Part shown: one piece after another, positions 37,007 through 47,172 of the stretch | How positions within the stretch are numbered: position 1 is the stretch's first letter | How the letters are laid out: each line of letters opens with the position of its first letter | NCBI GenBank assembly: GCA_903897785.1 | Contig: CAIUCZ010000030.1 | Location: forward strand, 18,212 to 82,211 | From: Candidatus Falkowbacteria bacterium | GTDB taxonomy: Bacteria; Patescibacteriota; Patescibacteriia; Patescibacteriales; Patescibacteriaceae | Direction of reading: 5' to 3' | Length of the DNA stretch: 64,000 bases | Made by a program: the position numbers and the translations under genes | Notes under the pieces: generated by a model | The model's input: the letters and a program-made list of their open reading frames with translations, nothing else | Databases searched by the model: none | Told to the model about the DNA's origin: nothing

Positions 37007-37453
37007 TTATTTTATGCTTAAACTCTGCCCTATTTGCAACTGATATTTGTCTATAAATCCGGCATTCACTTCCAGCACATCAGTAATCAGCTGGCGTGAG
37101 GGATAAAAATTTTTGGGCATCGCCCCTTCCGGCGGCAAATTCTTATCCAACTGCACGATTTTATTGTCATTCAACCAAATCAAATCGAGCGGAAAGTTCA
37201 TATCTTTCATCCAGAATTTTTGATTTTGCGGCTTGTCAAACACAAACAGCATGCCGCAAGTCTGGCACAAACTTGGCCGAGAACTTAAACCTTGAACTTG
37301 CTGTTGGTCTGTTAGAGCCAGCTCCAAGCTGATTTTTTGACCATTCAAACTTAAAGTTTTATTCGCGCGCGGATAAATCCAAAAAACTATCAGGCCGACA
37401 ATCAATGCCGCGATAATTATTAATGGCAAGGTGATAGATTTTTTAGCTGACAT
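37007..37453 (-). CDS. DUF192 domain protein
   Basis: GLS.R..L...GMLFVF...FWMKDMNFPLD...VLEVNAG. Confidence 0.9.
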   Translation of the reverse strand: MSAKKSITLPLIIIAALIVGLIVFWIYPRANKTLSLNGQKISLELALTDQQQVQGLSSRPSLCQTCGMLFVFDKPQNQKFWMKDMNFPLDLIWLNDNKIVQLDKNLPPEGAMPKNFYPSRQLITDVLEVNAGFIDKYQLQIGQSLSIK

Positions 37454-37540
37454 AGTTCATAAAGTTATAAAGTTATAAAGTTATAAAGCGCGAAACTTTA
37501 TGAACTTTACGAACTTTATAACTTTCAACTTTATAAACTC
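37454..37540. repeat. Family B hairpin filling the entire intergenic gap
   Basis: Abuts the ATG at 37453 and the stop at 37540. Confidence 0.85.
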
Positions 37541-38229
37541 TAATTCGGCAATTGATGTTTCTGTTTTATAATCGCCATCGCCTCTTCGTATTTTTTTACC
37601 TTTTTTAGGTTGGGCAAAAATTTATAAACAAAGCCCGGCAACCAAATACTCATCGTGCCGCCGCCGACAAAACTAACCAAAACTTTATCCAGCCACAAAC
37701 CGATTTTCCCTTGCTCCATCATCGTCAGCCATAAATCCCAATCTTGAAACCGTTTTATTTTTTCGTCAAAACCGGAAAAATCAGTCCGCCGCACCAAGGC
37801 AAAAGTACAGATATAAGGTTCACGGCGCAAGCGATCAACATTGTATGGCCCGCAAACAAATTTTTTCCAATCAAGCTTAAACGAACAATAAACAAAACTG
37901 ATATTCGGTTGAGCGGACAAAGCTTCTTGCATTGTCTGCAAAGCTTCCGGTTTTAGCTTGGCATCGGCATCACAAAATAAAACATACTCGCCTTTAGATT
38001 CTTTAAAGCCTCGATTCCGCGCCGCCGGAGCGCCCTTGTTTTCTTGGCTGATTAATAAAAATTTGCTAAAACGCGTTTCGTATTTTTGCAAAACGCCCAA
38101 AGTATTATCAGTCGAACCATCATTAACGATAATCACTTCAAAATCTTGATACGTTTGAGTAAGCAAGCTGTCCAAGCAAGCGCCGATGTTGGCGGCTTGG
38201 TTGTAGGCGGGAATAATAACTGAAATCAT
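37540..38229 (-). CDS. GT2 glycosyltransferase
   Basis: ISVIIPAYN, NDGSTD, ARNRG, FCDAD. Confidence 0.93.
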   Translation of the reverse strand: MISVIIPAYNQAANIGACLDSLLTQTYQDFEVIIVNDGSTDNTLGVLQKYETRFSKFLLISQENKGAPAARNRGFKESKGEYVLFCDADAKLKPEALQTMQEALSAQPNISFVYCSFKLDWKKFVCGPYNVDRLRREPYICTFALVRRTDFSGFDEKIKRFQDWDLWLTMMEQGKIGLWLDKVLVSFVGGGTMSIWLPGFVYKFLPNLKKVKKYEEAMAIIKQKHQLPN

Positions 38230-38233
38230 AAGA

Positions 38234-38265
38234 TTGGAATCTGGAATTTAGATTTTAGATCTGAA
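38234..38265. repeat. Family C half arm
   Basis: TTGGAATCTGGAATTTAGATTTTAGATC. Confidence 0.65.
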
Positions 38266-38270
38266 AATTA

Positions 38271-39374
38271 TTAATTTTTAATTATTTCGAACATCTTTTT
38301 CGCTTGTCCTTGCCAATTAAATTGCTCATTAGCTCTTTTCTGCCCGGCCACGCCCAGCCGCTCGCGCAAACCTTTAAACTCGGCCAAGCGTAAAATGGCC
38401 GCACTGATTTGTTTGATGCTTTCCGGATCAACTAGCAGGCCGTTGACTTCATCAGCCACGGCATCGGCTACGCCGCCGGTCTTGCAGGCAATGACCGGCT
38501 TGCCGGCCAGCCCGGCCTCCAGATAAACAATGCCAAAACCCTCCACGTCGGCGCCGAGGTTGCGCGAAACCATGATAAAGATATCGCCGGCATAATACCA
38601 TAATATTTTCTCTTTGTCATCTACGCTTGACAAAAATATAATATTATTTTGTAGCCCAAGCTTCTTGGCTAACCGTTGATAATTATCCAACTCCGGACCG
38701 TTGCCAATCACCACATAAACCAAATTTGGCTGAATTTTTAAGACCTCGGGCAAGCTTTTGATTACTTGATCCACGCCTTTACGTTTGATTAAGCGGCCGA
38801 CCGTCAGCAAAATTAATTTATTTTCCAAGCCGTGCTTGCGCCGCAATTCAAACACCGGCGCCAGATTAAGGCCGGTCGATTGCGGTTCAACGCCCGGATT
38901 AACCAAATTTAATTTATTTTCCACGGCCGGGGCAAAATTTTTCACTTGACTCGACGTGTAACTATTAGCGCAAATTATTTTATGCGCGCGATTCAAGATT
39001 TTCTTGGTCAGCCATTTTTTGCGTCCGCCGGTGCTGGCCAAATTAAAATCCAGACCATGCAAAAGGACAGCATAATCAAGCTTGAAAAAATAATTAACCA
39101 GCATGGCCGCCGTGCCCAAAGGCAAAATCTGGCCGATTAAAAAATAATCACCTTGTTTTTTTGCTTTCATTTTTGCCAGCCAAAAAAAAGCCGGCAACCA
39201 ACCGATGAGCGGCCAGCCGTTAACTAATTTTTTTTGTTCGTTAGTGACGACATTCAGACTTCCTGCTGGCTCGCCCCTACCAGAGGGGGGCCAATGTCTA
39301 ACCAGACAACCATAGTAATGCGCCACCCCACCGACAGCCGGCGGATAATCAAGGGTTAAAAGCCAAATCTTCAT
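38271..39374 (-). CDS. GT4 glycosyltransferase
   Basis: YPPAVGG, VGRLIKRKG, EGFGIVYLEA. Confidence 0.93.
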   Translation of the reverse strand: MKIWLLTLDYPPAVGGVAHYYGCLVRHWPPSGRGEPAGSLNVVTNEQKKLVNGWPLIGWLPAFFWLAKMKAKKQGDYFLIGQILPLGTAAMLVNYFFKLDYAVLLHGLDFNLASTGGRKKWLTKKILNRAHKIICANSYTSSQVKNFAPAVENKLNLVNPGVEPQSTGLNLAPVFELRRKHGLENKLILLTVGRLIKRKGVDQVIKSLPEVLKIQPNLVYVVIGNGPELDNYQRLAKKLGLQNNIIFLSSVDDKEKILWYYAGDIFIMVSRNLGADVEGFGIVYLEAGLAGKPVIACKTGGVADAVADEVNGLLVDPESIKQISAAILRLAEFKGLRERLGVAGQKRANEQFNWQGQAKKMFEIIKN

Positions 39375-39378
39375 AAAC

Positions 39379-39459
39379 TAGGCGGTAGGCCGTAGGCGGT
39401 GGGCCGGTAGATTATTAGATGATTTTCTAACGACCTACTGCCTACTGCCTACCAGCCTA
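39379..39459. repeat. Family D variant hairpin (TAGGCGG / CTGCCTA)
   Basis: TAGGCGGTAGGCCGTAGGCGG...CCTACTGCCTACTGCCTACCAGCCTA fills the gap. Confidence 0.8.
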
Positions 39460-39461
39460 AT

Positions 39462-40898
39462 TCATTTCTTAAACGATTGCCACACGCTAATCAAATCTTC
39501 TTTGGCAAAACCTTTAAACGCGAACAGTGTCAAGCCGTAAACTAACACGCCGCACAAAATGTTTACTCCCAAATTCAAACGGCTGTTCAGATAATAAACC
39601 ACCAAACCCATCAGTGTGCTGGCCGCCAGAACTTTGCCGAACAAGCCGGCCGTTGCGCGCAACTTAATAATTTTCAGTTCGCGCACCACTTTCCAGCTCA
39701 ACACCACCAATAAAGCGGCGGCAACAATATCCGAGGCCACCGCGCCCATGACGCCCCAGGGCGGAATAAACAAACATTCCAAAATAATATTCACCACAGC
39801 GGTAATAATCATATTCCAGGTGTTGCTTTTTTGGCGATCACAGGCATTAAGCAATGAACCAAGCGGATAAGATAAAAATGTCAGAAAAATCGTGGCCGCG
39901 GTCAGACGCAGAGGCCAAATCGCTTGCGTATAGCTGGTTTTAAACAACTCGGTCAGCGGCACGGCCGTGGCGGCAATGCCAATGCCGATCGGCATAGCCA
40001 GAATCAAAGAATAGCTAATCGCTCGTTGAAAGGTTTTGCCTAGTTGATCTTTTTGATTATGCCAATAATGGCTCAAAGCCGGATACAAAGAAGCGACAAA
40101 AGCCGCGGGCAAAAACTGCAAAGCCAGGTTAATCTTAAACGGGATTTGATAAATCCCGACCGCCAGGTCATTTTTAAAATAAAACAACAGCAAGCTGTCA
40201 AAATAACCGTAAGCGCGGTTAGCAATGGCAAACAAGCCAAACGGCCAAGCCAAGATTAGCAACTTGCTCAGCCATTGCCAGTTCCAAGTCGGTTTTAAAG
40301 ACAAGTGCCAACGTCCGGCCACCGTGATGATCGCATAAACAAAAGCAAAGGCACTGGAAGCCACCTGCGCCCACATCAAAGCCACCAGATTGCCGTGGGT
40401 AGCAAAGACCAGCCAACTAACCAGCAGAGTGACCGCCTGCGACGCCACCGAAGAAATACTCTCGTATTTTAGATTATGAAAAGCGCGGCTAAAAGCAAAA
40501 ATCAAAGTGGTGACGCTATCCAGCAACATGGAAATGGCCGACACCCAAACCAAATCCGCAATTAACGGATCATAATGTCCCCAGCCGACCAAACCGGCAA
40601 TCACGGCAATCGTGCCAAGCGACAATATAGTCTTTAGCGCTAGCGCGCCGCCCAGATATTTTGTGGCGACGCTTTTGTCTTTGGCTACTTCGCGAGTAAT
40701 CAAATTGGTCAAACCCAAGTCTAAGAAAATGGAAAAAATCGTGGTCAAAGAAATGGCAAAATAGTATTTGCCCAAGTCCGCCGGCCCCAATGCCCTGGCA
40801 TACCAGGTAAAATAAATCAAAGAAATAGCCTTCTGCAAAATCAGGGCCAAGGTAAAATAAGAAGTGTTTTTTGCAATGTTAGCAACTTTTTCTGGCAT
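39462..40898 (-). CDS. Wzx-type polysaccharide flippase
   Basis: IAKNT, LGPADLGKY, DLGL...REVA, many TM segments. Confidence 0.9.
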   Translation of the reverse strand: MPEKVANIAKNTSYFTLALILQKAISLIYFTWYARALGPADLGKYYFAISLTTIFSIFLDLGLTNLITREVAKDKSVATKYLGGALALKTILSLGTIAVIAGLVGWGHYDPLIADLVWVSAISMLLDSVTTLIFAFSRAFHNLKYESISSVASQAVTLLVSWLVFATHGNLVALMWAQVASSAFAFVYAIITVAGRWHLSLKPTWNWQWLSKLLILAWPFGLFAIANRAYGYFDSLLLFYFKNDLAVGIYQIPFKINLALQFLPAAFVASLYPALSHYWHNQKDQLGKTFQRAISYSLILAMPIGIGIAATAVPLTELFKTSYTQAIWPLRLTAATIFLTFLSYPLGSLLNACDRQKSNTWNMIITAVVNIILECLFIPPWGVMGAVASDIVAAALLVVLSWKVVRELKIIKLRATAGLFGKVLAASTLMGLVVYYLNSRLNLGVNILCGVLVYGLTLFAFKGFAKEDLISVWQSFKK

Positions 40899-40915
40899 AA
40901 GGTATCAGGTAAGTA

Positions 40916-40948
40916 GTCGCCTCTTCGGCGACCCGCCGATGAGGCGGG
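40916..40948. repeat. Two adjacent family H hairpins
   Basis: GTCGCCTCTTCGGCGAC + CCGCCGATGAGGCGGG. Confidence 0.7.
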
Positions 40949-41067
40949 GTGAGTAGATGGCAAGCTTAAGTGCTTATTAAAACTGGCTTTAGCTTAGCAA
41001 ATTATCGTTATTTTTTCAAATAAAAAAATATTTGCCACTTTAATGCAAATATTTCTAAGAATCAGTT

Positions 41068-41496
41068 TTAGGCTTCCAGCGCCCGTAATCTCAATTCATG
41101 ATTCTGCACAATTTTCTTAACTTTAACCACATCGTCATTAACCGCCACCACATCTTCACTCTCAACTTGCCTTAAACCGGCCAATTGTTTTTCCATATTG
41201 CTTAACCGCCGGTCGGTTTTGTCGCCATTTTCAATCAGGCGATAAATTAAAGTCTCATGCTCGTCTAGGCGATCGTTTATCCCTGCTACTTCTTGTTTTA
41301 TCCCCGTTACTTCTTGTTTTATCCCTGTTACTTCCTGTTTTATCCCCGTTACTTCTTGTTTTAAATCATCAATCCGCTGATTAGTTTCATCGGACATGGT
41401 TTGCATCATGGGAAACAAAATCTCATCGCTAAATTTTAATAAAGTAGCGACCAGTTCTTCTTGGGTGATGGGTTTTTGTTCGTTATTGTTTTCCAT
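41068..41496 (-). CDS. Coiled-coil protein with tandem heptad repeat
   Basis: (KQEVTGI)x3 + KQEVAGI. Confidence 0.75.
   Translation of the reverse strand: MENNNEQKPITQEELVATLLKFSDEILFPMMQTMSDETNQRIDDLKQEVTGIKQEVTGIKQEVTGIKQEVAGINDRLDEHETLIYRLIENGDKTDRRLSNMEKQLAGLRQVESEDVVAVNDDVVKVKKIVQNHELRLRALEA
41276..41362. repeat. 21-nt coding tandem repeat x4
   Basis: TTTATCCCYGYTACTTCYTGT units. Confidence 0.9.
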
Positions 41497-41559
41497 GACA
41501 AGTATTATAGCATAAAAATAAAAAGAATAAATAACGACCCGTTAAAGCTTTGCGCCTCG

Positions 41560-42813
41560 TCAGATTCCTTGGCTACTGCATCGCTGAACGATGTCTTTAG
41601 CCTCCTTTACTCCATCGGCATAGCCGGAATAGCTATTGCCTTTTACGGCATCGCGCGCTTCTTGACAAGAGTCCTTAATAAAGTTCGTGCAGGTTTTATA
41701 CTCGCCTTGAATTTCATCAGCTTGAGCCGGAAATTTAGCTTTGTAAGTTAAAATATCTTGGCAATCTTTTAAGATTATGTTATTTACTCCATTCATCTCC
41801 AGCGTTCCAATGTCATCTTCCATAGATTTAACATTCTGCTGTTGCCTTGTGGCCACAACAGCTGCGGCGTCCTTCGTTTGTTTGCCGGTCATAACCGCTT
41901 GGCATTGATTGATTAAATCCGTTTTACGTTGGTTAGTCGGCTGAATCGTTTTGTTTACAAAGTCTGCGCACAAAGACGGCGCGAAAAAGTCTCCGCTGGA
42001 GTAATTGTTAAAATCAAGTTTTTGATATTGATCTATTTTTTTATAGCAATCGTCGAGAATGGCGGTCGGATCTATTTTTTGAAAAATCTTGCCTTTTAGC
42101 TTGTCAACCAAAACACCACAACCGTTATAATCTCTGTTGCGCACTGCCGCTGACTCTTGTTGCAAAACCCAATACGTAGTCGTGCTTTCAACGGCATCCT
42201 GGCAATCTTTTTTTGACAAGCTGTGATCGCCGGCGTAGACCGACATACTGCCCAACTGATCACATAACCCCGGATTCATTTGTCCGACGGCCGCATCAGT
42301 CGTGGTTTGCAAGAAATTTAATTGAGCGTCGTCTGCGGCTTGTTCTTTTTCGATTCTAAGATTAATTAAGTAGCCATGCAAAAGCCCAAGGCTTGCCGGT
42401 AAAACAATATTCATTGTTAATATAAAAACTAAAAAAAATAATTTCGATTTATGTTTGCCGAGAAGAACGGCAGACTCGCTAAGAATAGAATAGTTTAATA
42501 AACCAAACAGAGCGGAGGCTTGAAGAACGATCCAAAAGTCTCCAAAAAACCAAATAAACAGACAAGCAACAGCTGAAAGACAAAAAGCCATCATTAAAGC
42601 AAAAAAATAAAAAAAAGCAACTCCGCCAGTTTTGTTTTCAACGACCTTTTTATTATTAATCGGTTGATCATCCTTCGGATTATCTTCCGACTGTAACCGA
42701 AGTTGAGCTTTTTTCCCATTTACAAAAATGATACCGAAAATGGCAACAAGCAAAATAACCATCAGTATGCCAAAAAAAATTGGGATTGCAATAAGCCCTT
42801 TATAATCAAACAT
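41560..42813 (-). CDS. Orphan membrane protein with Cys-rich soluble domain
   Basis: GGAGG SD, 4 TM then helical Cys-spaced domain. Confidence 0.75.
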   Translation of the reverse strand: MFDYKGLIAIPIFFGILMVILLVAIFGIIFVNGKKAQLRLQSEDNPKDDQPINNKKVVENKTGGVAFFYFFALMMAFCLSAVACLFIWFFGDFWIVLQASALFGLLNYSILSESAVLLGKHKSKLFFLVFILTMNIVLPASLGLLHGYLINLRIEKEQAADDAQLNFLQTTTDAAVGQMNPGLCDQLGSMSVYAGDHSLSKKDCQDAVESTTTYWVLQQESAAVRNRDYNGCGVLVDKLKGKIFQKIDPTAILDDCYKKIDQYQKLDFNNYSSGDFFAPSLCADFVNKTIQPTNQRKTDLINQCQAVMTGKQTKDAAAVVATRQQQNVKSMEDDIGTLEMNGVNNIILKDCQDILTYKAKFPAQADEIQGEYKTCTNFIKDSCQEARDAVKGNSYSGYADGVKEAKDIVQRCSSQGI

Positions 42814-42895
42814 AAACTCCTCCGCTAAATCTAGTTTTGTTTAACATCTTTTTAATTTAAAAATTATATTTAAATTATACTCCTTATATCACTCG

Positions 42896-45355
42896 TCAGC
42901 AACTATTCACATATAGCGGATCAATCAACCCGATCAGCCGGCTGGGCGTCATTGGCCGACCAAAGCCGTCAAACTGGCTATAAGACAGGTATACACCTGC
43001 TCGCGCCCGGGTCAAAGCGACATAAAACAAGCGTAGCTCTTCTTCAAAATCAGCTTTATACATCGGGAAATGAAATTCGTTCAGCTTGACCAAAAAAACA
43101 TAATCAAACTCCAAGCCCTTGGCGGCATGCACCGTAATAATCGGCACCTTCCCCTGCTCCAGTCCCAAGAAGTCTAAATTTTTAACCAGACTGGCGTAAT
43201 TAATTAATTCTTGCAAAGCGACGTTGCTCGGTTTTTGAGGATCGTCTTTTTGCGCGAATAACTGGGCCAGCGCGTCAAAAGATTTTAGTCGTTTGTTAGA
43301 GTCCGGCTCTTTGGCATAATATTCCCGCAAACCGGAATCATCCAAAATTTTATTCAAGGCTTCGGCTGGCCGGACTTTGGTAATTAGTGCTTGCCAGTCC
43401 TCAATCATTTTTGCCAAAACGACAAATTTTTTGGAAAATTCTTGAAACAATTCGCGCCGTTTGCTTGTTCCGGTTCGGGCCAAATTAATCAGGTACTCAA
43501 GCAAGCCGACCGTCGCCGCTACGTCGTCATCGGCGCTATGGGTGGCACTGGCCAGATTTAAATTTTTGGCCAAGGTTGACAGGCGATAATTTTCCGATTG
43601 CACAAACCGTTTGGCCAAATCCAAGGTGTCATAATAATCCGCGGCTTGAAAATTTAGGCCATAGCGCGCGCTGTTGTTGGTAATCATCGTCAAATCAAAA
43701 TTAACATTATGGCCGACGACAATCGCTTGGCCGACAAAATTTTTGAGCTTGCCTAAAATTTCTTTGGGCTCGTGGCCGTTTTCGCGTAAAAATTGATCGG
43801 ACAGTTTGTGCACTTGCTCGGACGTGCCGACCGGCTTTTGATTTTTAATATAATAATGAAATTCCTCGCCCGCCCGGCCGTTGATTAATTCCACGGCATA
43901 AATCTGAATAATTTCATCCGTCTGAAAATTTACACCGGTGGTCTCCGTGTCCAAAACGACAATTCGACCATGAGCAAAGGCGTCGAGCAAGGGGGCGAAC
44001 GGTTCAGTCAGCTGATAATTTTTAAAGCTCAACAAATCGGAGACTTTCAGACCGACCGGGTTGCCCTCGGCGCGAATCTTGTTTAAAGTCGCCTGTCCAA
44101 TAGCGCGTGCTGGGCGCTCCACCAAACGATAAGCCGCGTCTAGGTCAAATTTATTAAAAATAATTTTTAAATAAGCATAAATGTCTTTGACCTCTTGGCG
44201 CCGAAAAAAATTATATTGGTCAACCGTGATGTGGGCGATATTTTCTTTGGCAAAAATTTCCGCCAGATCGCTAATCGGCTGATTGGCTCGAGCCAGTACC
44301 GCAATCGTCGCCTTGGGTTCACGCGCGCGCAAGTCTTTGATTTGTGAGACCACCGAAGTCGCCTCTTCGGCAAAGTTGTAGCCGGCAAACAACTGCACGC
44401 ATTTTTCCGGTCCCTCGGCCGCACTGGCGCCGGTTAGTTCTTTGGTATTTTGTTGTTTGAAATTTTGCAAAACAGATTTGATAGCCGCCAATAGCTGCGG
44501 ATTGAACCGATAATTAATGCTCAAATTTAATTTTGTCACCGGCGCAAAATGCGTTTTGAATAACTCGGCAATATATTTTGGTTTACTGCCGCGCCAGCCA
44601 TAAATCGTCTGGTCCAGATCGCCGATCAAAGCTAAATTTTTATGCACGCGCGCCAATTGTTTAACCACCAAATATTCGGACAAATGCGTGTCTTGAAATT
44701 CATCCAGCTGAATAAATTTAAACCGGCGCGACCATTTGTTTTTTAACTCATCGTCTAAATAAAGTGCGCGCAAAGTCAGATAAACCAGTTGATTAAAATC
44801 CACGGCGTTTTGCTGCAATAGAACTTGCTCATATTTCTGGCCGAGCTCCACCAGCTGCGCCGGCAAATTAACCGGCTCCACCTGGTAGCCAATGGCAATT
44901 TCCAGCTGCGTTATTTTGTAACGATAAAGCCGTTCCAGTAAATCTAAAATCGCCCGCTTTTCTCGAGCAATCGGCGCACGCGGGTAATCGGCTAAAAGAT
45001 TATTCATGACGGCCGCCTGCTCATCTTCGTCCATAATGACAAAATCTGCGGTCAGCCCGAGAGCTTTGCTTTCGGCTTTTAAAAAATAGGCACAAAAACC
45101 GTGAAAAGTGTTAATCACCACCTCGCCCGACTGGCTAACGTCCGCTAAACACTGGCGTAAGCGCGTTTTCATTTCTTCGGCCGCTTTGTTGGTAAAGGTC
45201 AGGCACAAAATCTCAGCCGGCGCAACCCCCGCTTTTATGGCTGAAATCACGCGCTGGGCCAGGACAGTCGTCTTGCCCGTGCCGACCGGCGCGGAGATTA
45301 AATACGCGCCAAAAACACTGTCGATTATTTTTTGTTGTTGTTCGTTGAAGTTCAT
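42896..45355 (-). CDS. UvrD/PcrA-type helicase with inserted DEDDh 3'-5' exonuclease domain
   Basis: APVGTGKT, LTFTNKAA, DEFQD, GDLDQTIYGWRG, VLDTETTG, GHNVNFD, HSADDD, TVHAAKGLEF, YVALTRAR; start moved to 45355 because upstream codons are repeat-derived. Confidence 0.92.
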   Translation of the reverse strand: MNFNEQQQKIIDSVFGAYLISAPVGTGKTTVLAQRVISAIKAGVAPAEILCLTFTNKAAEEMKTRLRQCLADVSQSGEVVINTFHGFCAYFLKAESKALGLTADFVIMDEDEQAAVMNNLLADYPRAPIAREKRAILDLLERLYRYKITQLEIAIGYQVEPVNLPAQLVELGQKYEQVLLQQNAVDFNQLVYLTLRALYLDDELKNKWSRRFKFIQLDEFQDTHLSEYLVVKQLARVHKNLALIGDLDQTIYGWRGSKPKYIAELFKTHFAPVTKLNLSINYRFNPQLLAAIKSVLQNFKQQNTKELTGASAAEGPEKCVQLFAGYNFAEEATSVVSQIKDLRAREPKATIAVLARANQPISDLAEIFAKENIAHITVDQYNFFRRQEVKDIYAYLKIIFNKFDLDAAYRLVERPARAIGQATLNKIRAEGNPVGLKVSDLLSFKNYQLTEPFAPLLDAFAHGRIVVLDTETTGVNFQTDEIIQIYAVELINGRAGEEFHYYIKNQKPVGTSEQVHKLSDQFLRENGHEPKEILGKLKNFVGQAIVVGHNVNFDLTMITNNSARYGLNFQAADYYDTLDLAKRFVQSENYRLSTLAKNLNLASATHSADDDVAATVGLLEYLINLARTGTSKRRELFQEFSKKFVVLAKMIEDWQALITKVRPAEALNKILDDSGLREYYAKEPDSNKRLKSFDALAQLFAQKDDPQKPSNVALQELINYASLVKNLDFLGLEQGKVPIITVHAAKGLEFDYVFLVKLNEFHFPMYKADFEEELRLFYVALTRARAGVYLSYSQFDGFGRPMTPSRLIGLIDPLYVNSC

Positions 45356-45382
45356 ATACTTATAATAAACCCTTCCTATTTG

Positions 45383-45461
45383 GTCATCCCGGCGTATGCC
45401 GGGATCCAGTTTCATCTGCTTCGTTCGTGAATTTCTGGATACTGGCATACGCCGGTATGAC
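45383..45461. repeat. Family A REP-doublet
   Basis: GTCATCCCGGCGTATGCCGGGATCCAG...CTGGATACTGGCATACGCCGGTATGAC. Confidence 0.85.
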
Positions 45462-45465
45462 AGTA

Positions 45466-46200
45466 CTATTTCTTTAGGTAATGCTGTCGCTTCTCTTCCG
45501 GCAATCTTTCAATCGCATACCTTAGCATTGTCCGCGGCATCTTTTTGCCATGCTCGTCTAAAAACTTTGCCAAAACTTTAACGTCGCGTTTGCCAATCTC
45601 GCGCAACATCCAGCCGACTGCTTTGTGCATTAAGTCGTGCTGATCGGTCAATGATAATTTGGCAATTTTTAAAGCATCGACAAATTGATTGTGTTTGATA
45701 AATTGAAAAGTCGCCAGCACGGCAATCCGCCGTTCCCACAAATTTTTACTTTTGATCAGTTTATACAAAAGCCGGCGCGGTTGATTAAGCAAATAGCCGC
45801 CGACAATTTTTGGCGCGGTCAAATCCACCAAATCCCAATTGTTAATTTGTTTAGTGTGAGCTAAATAAAAATTAAAAATGTCATCCCGGCGGATGCCGGG
45901 ATCCAGAGCTTTTGTCTTTTTGCGCTCATCGTTTCCGGTTTCATATTGATCAACCAAAATCAACAAACCCGTCAGCCGCGCTTCGTGAAATTTGTTTTTG
46001 ATTAATTTTTCGATTTCGCTCAAAGCCAGGGCGCAATACTTTTTGGCGATGGCGCGCTGTTGCGGTACCATCACGCCCAAAAATTGATCACCCGCGCCGT
46101 ATTGGCCCGGCCCGGTTTTAAAAAATCCGGCCAGCAATTTAGCTTTGTCAGCGTTGGCGGCTTTTTGCAGATCCACCAAAACAAATTGAGAGCTGTTCAT
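45466..46200 (-). CDS. DNA alkylation repair protein (AlkD-like)
   Basis: FFKTGPGQYG.GD.FLG, NNWDLVD, LWERR, HKAVGWMLRE, MPRTMLRYAIE. Confidence 0.9.
   Translation of the reverse strand: MNSSQFVLVDLQKAANADKAKLLAGFFKTGPGQYGAGDQFLGVMVPQQRAIAKKYCALALSEIEKLIKNKFHEARLTGLLILVDQYETGNDERKKTKALDPGIRRDDIFNFYLAHTKQINNWDLVDLTAPKIVGGYLLNQPRRLLYKLIKSKNLWERRIAVLATFQFIKHNQFVDALKIAKLSLTDQHDLMHKAVGWMLREIGKRDVKVLAKFLDEHGKKMPRTMLRYAIERLPEEKRQHYLKK
45879..45906. repeat. Family A arm in-frame in alkD-like gene
   Basis: TGTCATCCCGGCGGATGCCGGGATCCAG, 1 mismatch to the arm at 45383; encodes LDPGIRRDD. Confidence 0.85.
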
Positions 46201-46204
46201 GATT

Positions 46205-46918
46205 TTATTGCAAAGCAAAATCCACTTTGACGGTAATCATCACGTCTTTATCAATACTGGTAACGTCGTAGCTGCCATAATCGTCAACCGTCACCGTGTC
46301 GGCCGGCATCACCTGCACCACGCCCATGGTTACGCTTTTGACCGCGCCCAAGGTTTTGCCTGACGATTGAGCGATAATTTCCGCGCGGGCTCGAGCGTCT
46401 TTAATCGCCGCCGGCAACAGCGAGACGCGCAATTCCGGCAATTTTGTATAATTATATTCCACCGGATTGGGCGCGAAAAACACGCCTTGGTCAGATAAAA
46501 TCGCGCTGTTTTTGGCCAGCGACTTCATTTTTTGCACGTTGGTCGACTTCAAATCAATGCTCTGCGTCAAACTATATTGTTGCGGCGCGCCTTGGTTGTT
46601 GTTGTAAACCTGATTCATAAACACCGGCGAAATATCCACGTTTTTAAAACCTTGAGCTGTCAAAAAAGTGTTGACTGTTTTTTCATCCCCCTTCATCTGA
46701 TTATAACCGTCTTTCAGGGTGTCGGTGGTAATGCTGCGCGAAAAGTTGGCCGTCCAATGCGCCTGATCGGACGTGATGCGCTGTTTGGCCGAACCGGAGA
46801 CGGTAATCTCGTCGGTTACTTGCTTGGTTTTGAAAAAAGACCAAGAAAATATTGCCGAAGCGATGACCAAGCCCAGCGCTAAAACAATCCAGCCCCAAGT
46901 GTTTTTTTGCGAGTCCAT
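46205..46918 (-). CDS. SIMPL (DUF541) domain protein
   Basis: ITVSGSA, AIKDARARAE.IA, GVVQV, TSIDKDV. Confidence 0.85.
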   Translation of the reverse strand: MDSQKNTWGWIVLALGLVIASAIFSWSFFKTKQVTDEITVSGSAKQRITSDQAHWTANFSRSITTDTLKDGYNQMKGDEKTVNTFLTAQGFKNVDISPVFMNQVYNNNQGAPQQYSLTQSIDLKSTNVQKMKSLAKNSAILSDQGVFFAPNPVEYNYTKLPELRVSLLPAAIKDARARAEIIAQSSGKTLGAVKSVTMGVVQVMPADTVTVDDYGSYDVTSIDKDVMITVKVDFALQ

Positions 46919-46946
46919 AAAATTAAGCTTAATGAATTATCTAAGA

Positions 46947-46975
46947 ATTATAGGGCTTTATCAACGGCCAGTCAA
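46947..46975 (-). promoter_or_regulatory. Sigma70 promoter
   Basis: TTGACT-17-TATAAT. Confidence 0.7.
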
Positions 46976-47014
46976 TAAAAAAGTCGCCCTGACCGGAACG
47001 ACTTCAATAACCGC

Positions 47015-47098
47015 CACCGCCCTGCCGTCCCGACGCAATGTCGGGACGGCAGTCTTAAAATCAAAAGCGTCGTAGTCCTCTGCGAGAGACTACGACGC
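47015..47098. repeat. Two family I hairpins
   Basis: CACCGCCCTGCCGTCCCGAC-GCAAT-GTCGGGACGGCAGTCTTAAA and GCGTCGTAGTC..GACTACGACGC. Confidence 0.75.
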
Positions 47099-47172
47099 GG
47101 CTGCGAAGTTTAAACCAACGTTTACATTTATTATTCTGTTGCGCTTTTTACACCTTTACCACCGGCTTTGCT

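Noticed and set aside
44358..44371. Family H insertion in the helicase (GTCGCCTCTTCGGC)
   Set aside because: It encodes the ordinary FAEEA motif with no apparent extra residues; likely a chance match.
45356..45448. N-terminal extension of the UvrD helicase
   Set aside because: It is mostly translated family A repeat (LDPGIRRDD); ATG 45355 gives a normal MNFNEQQ start.
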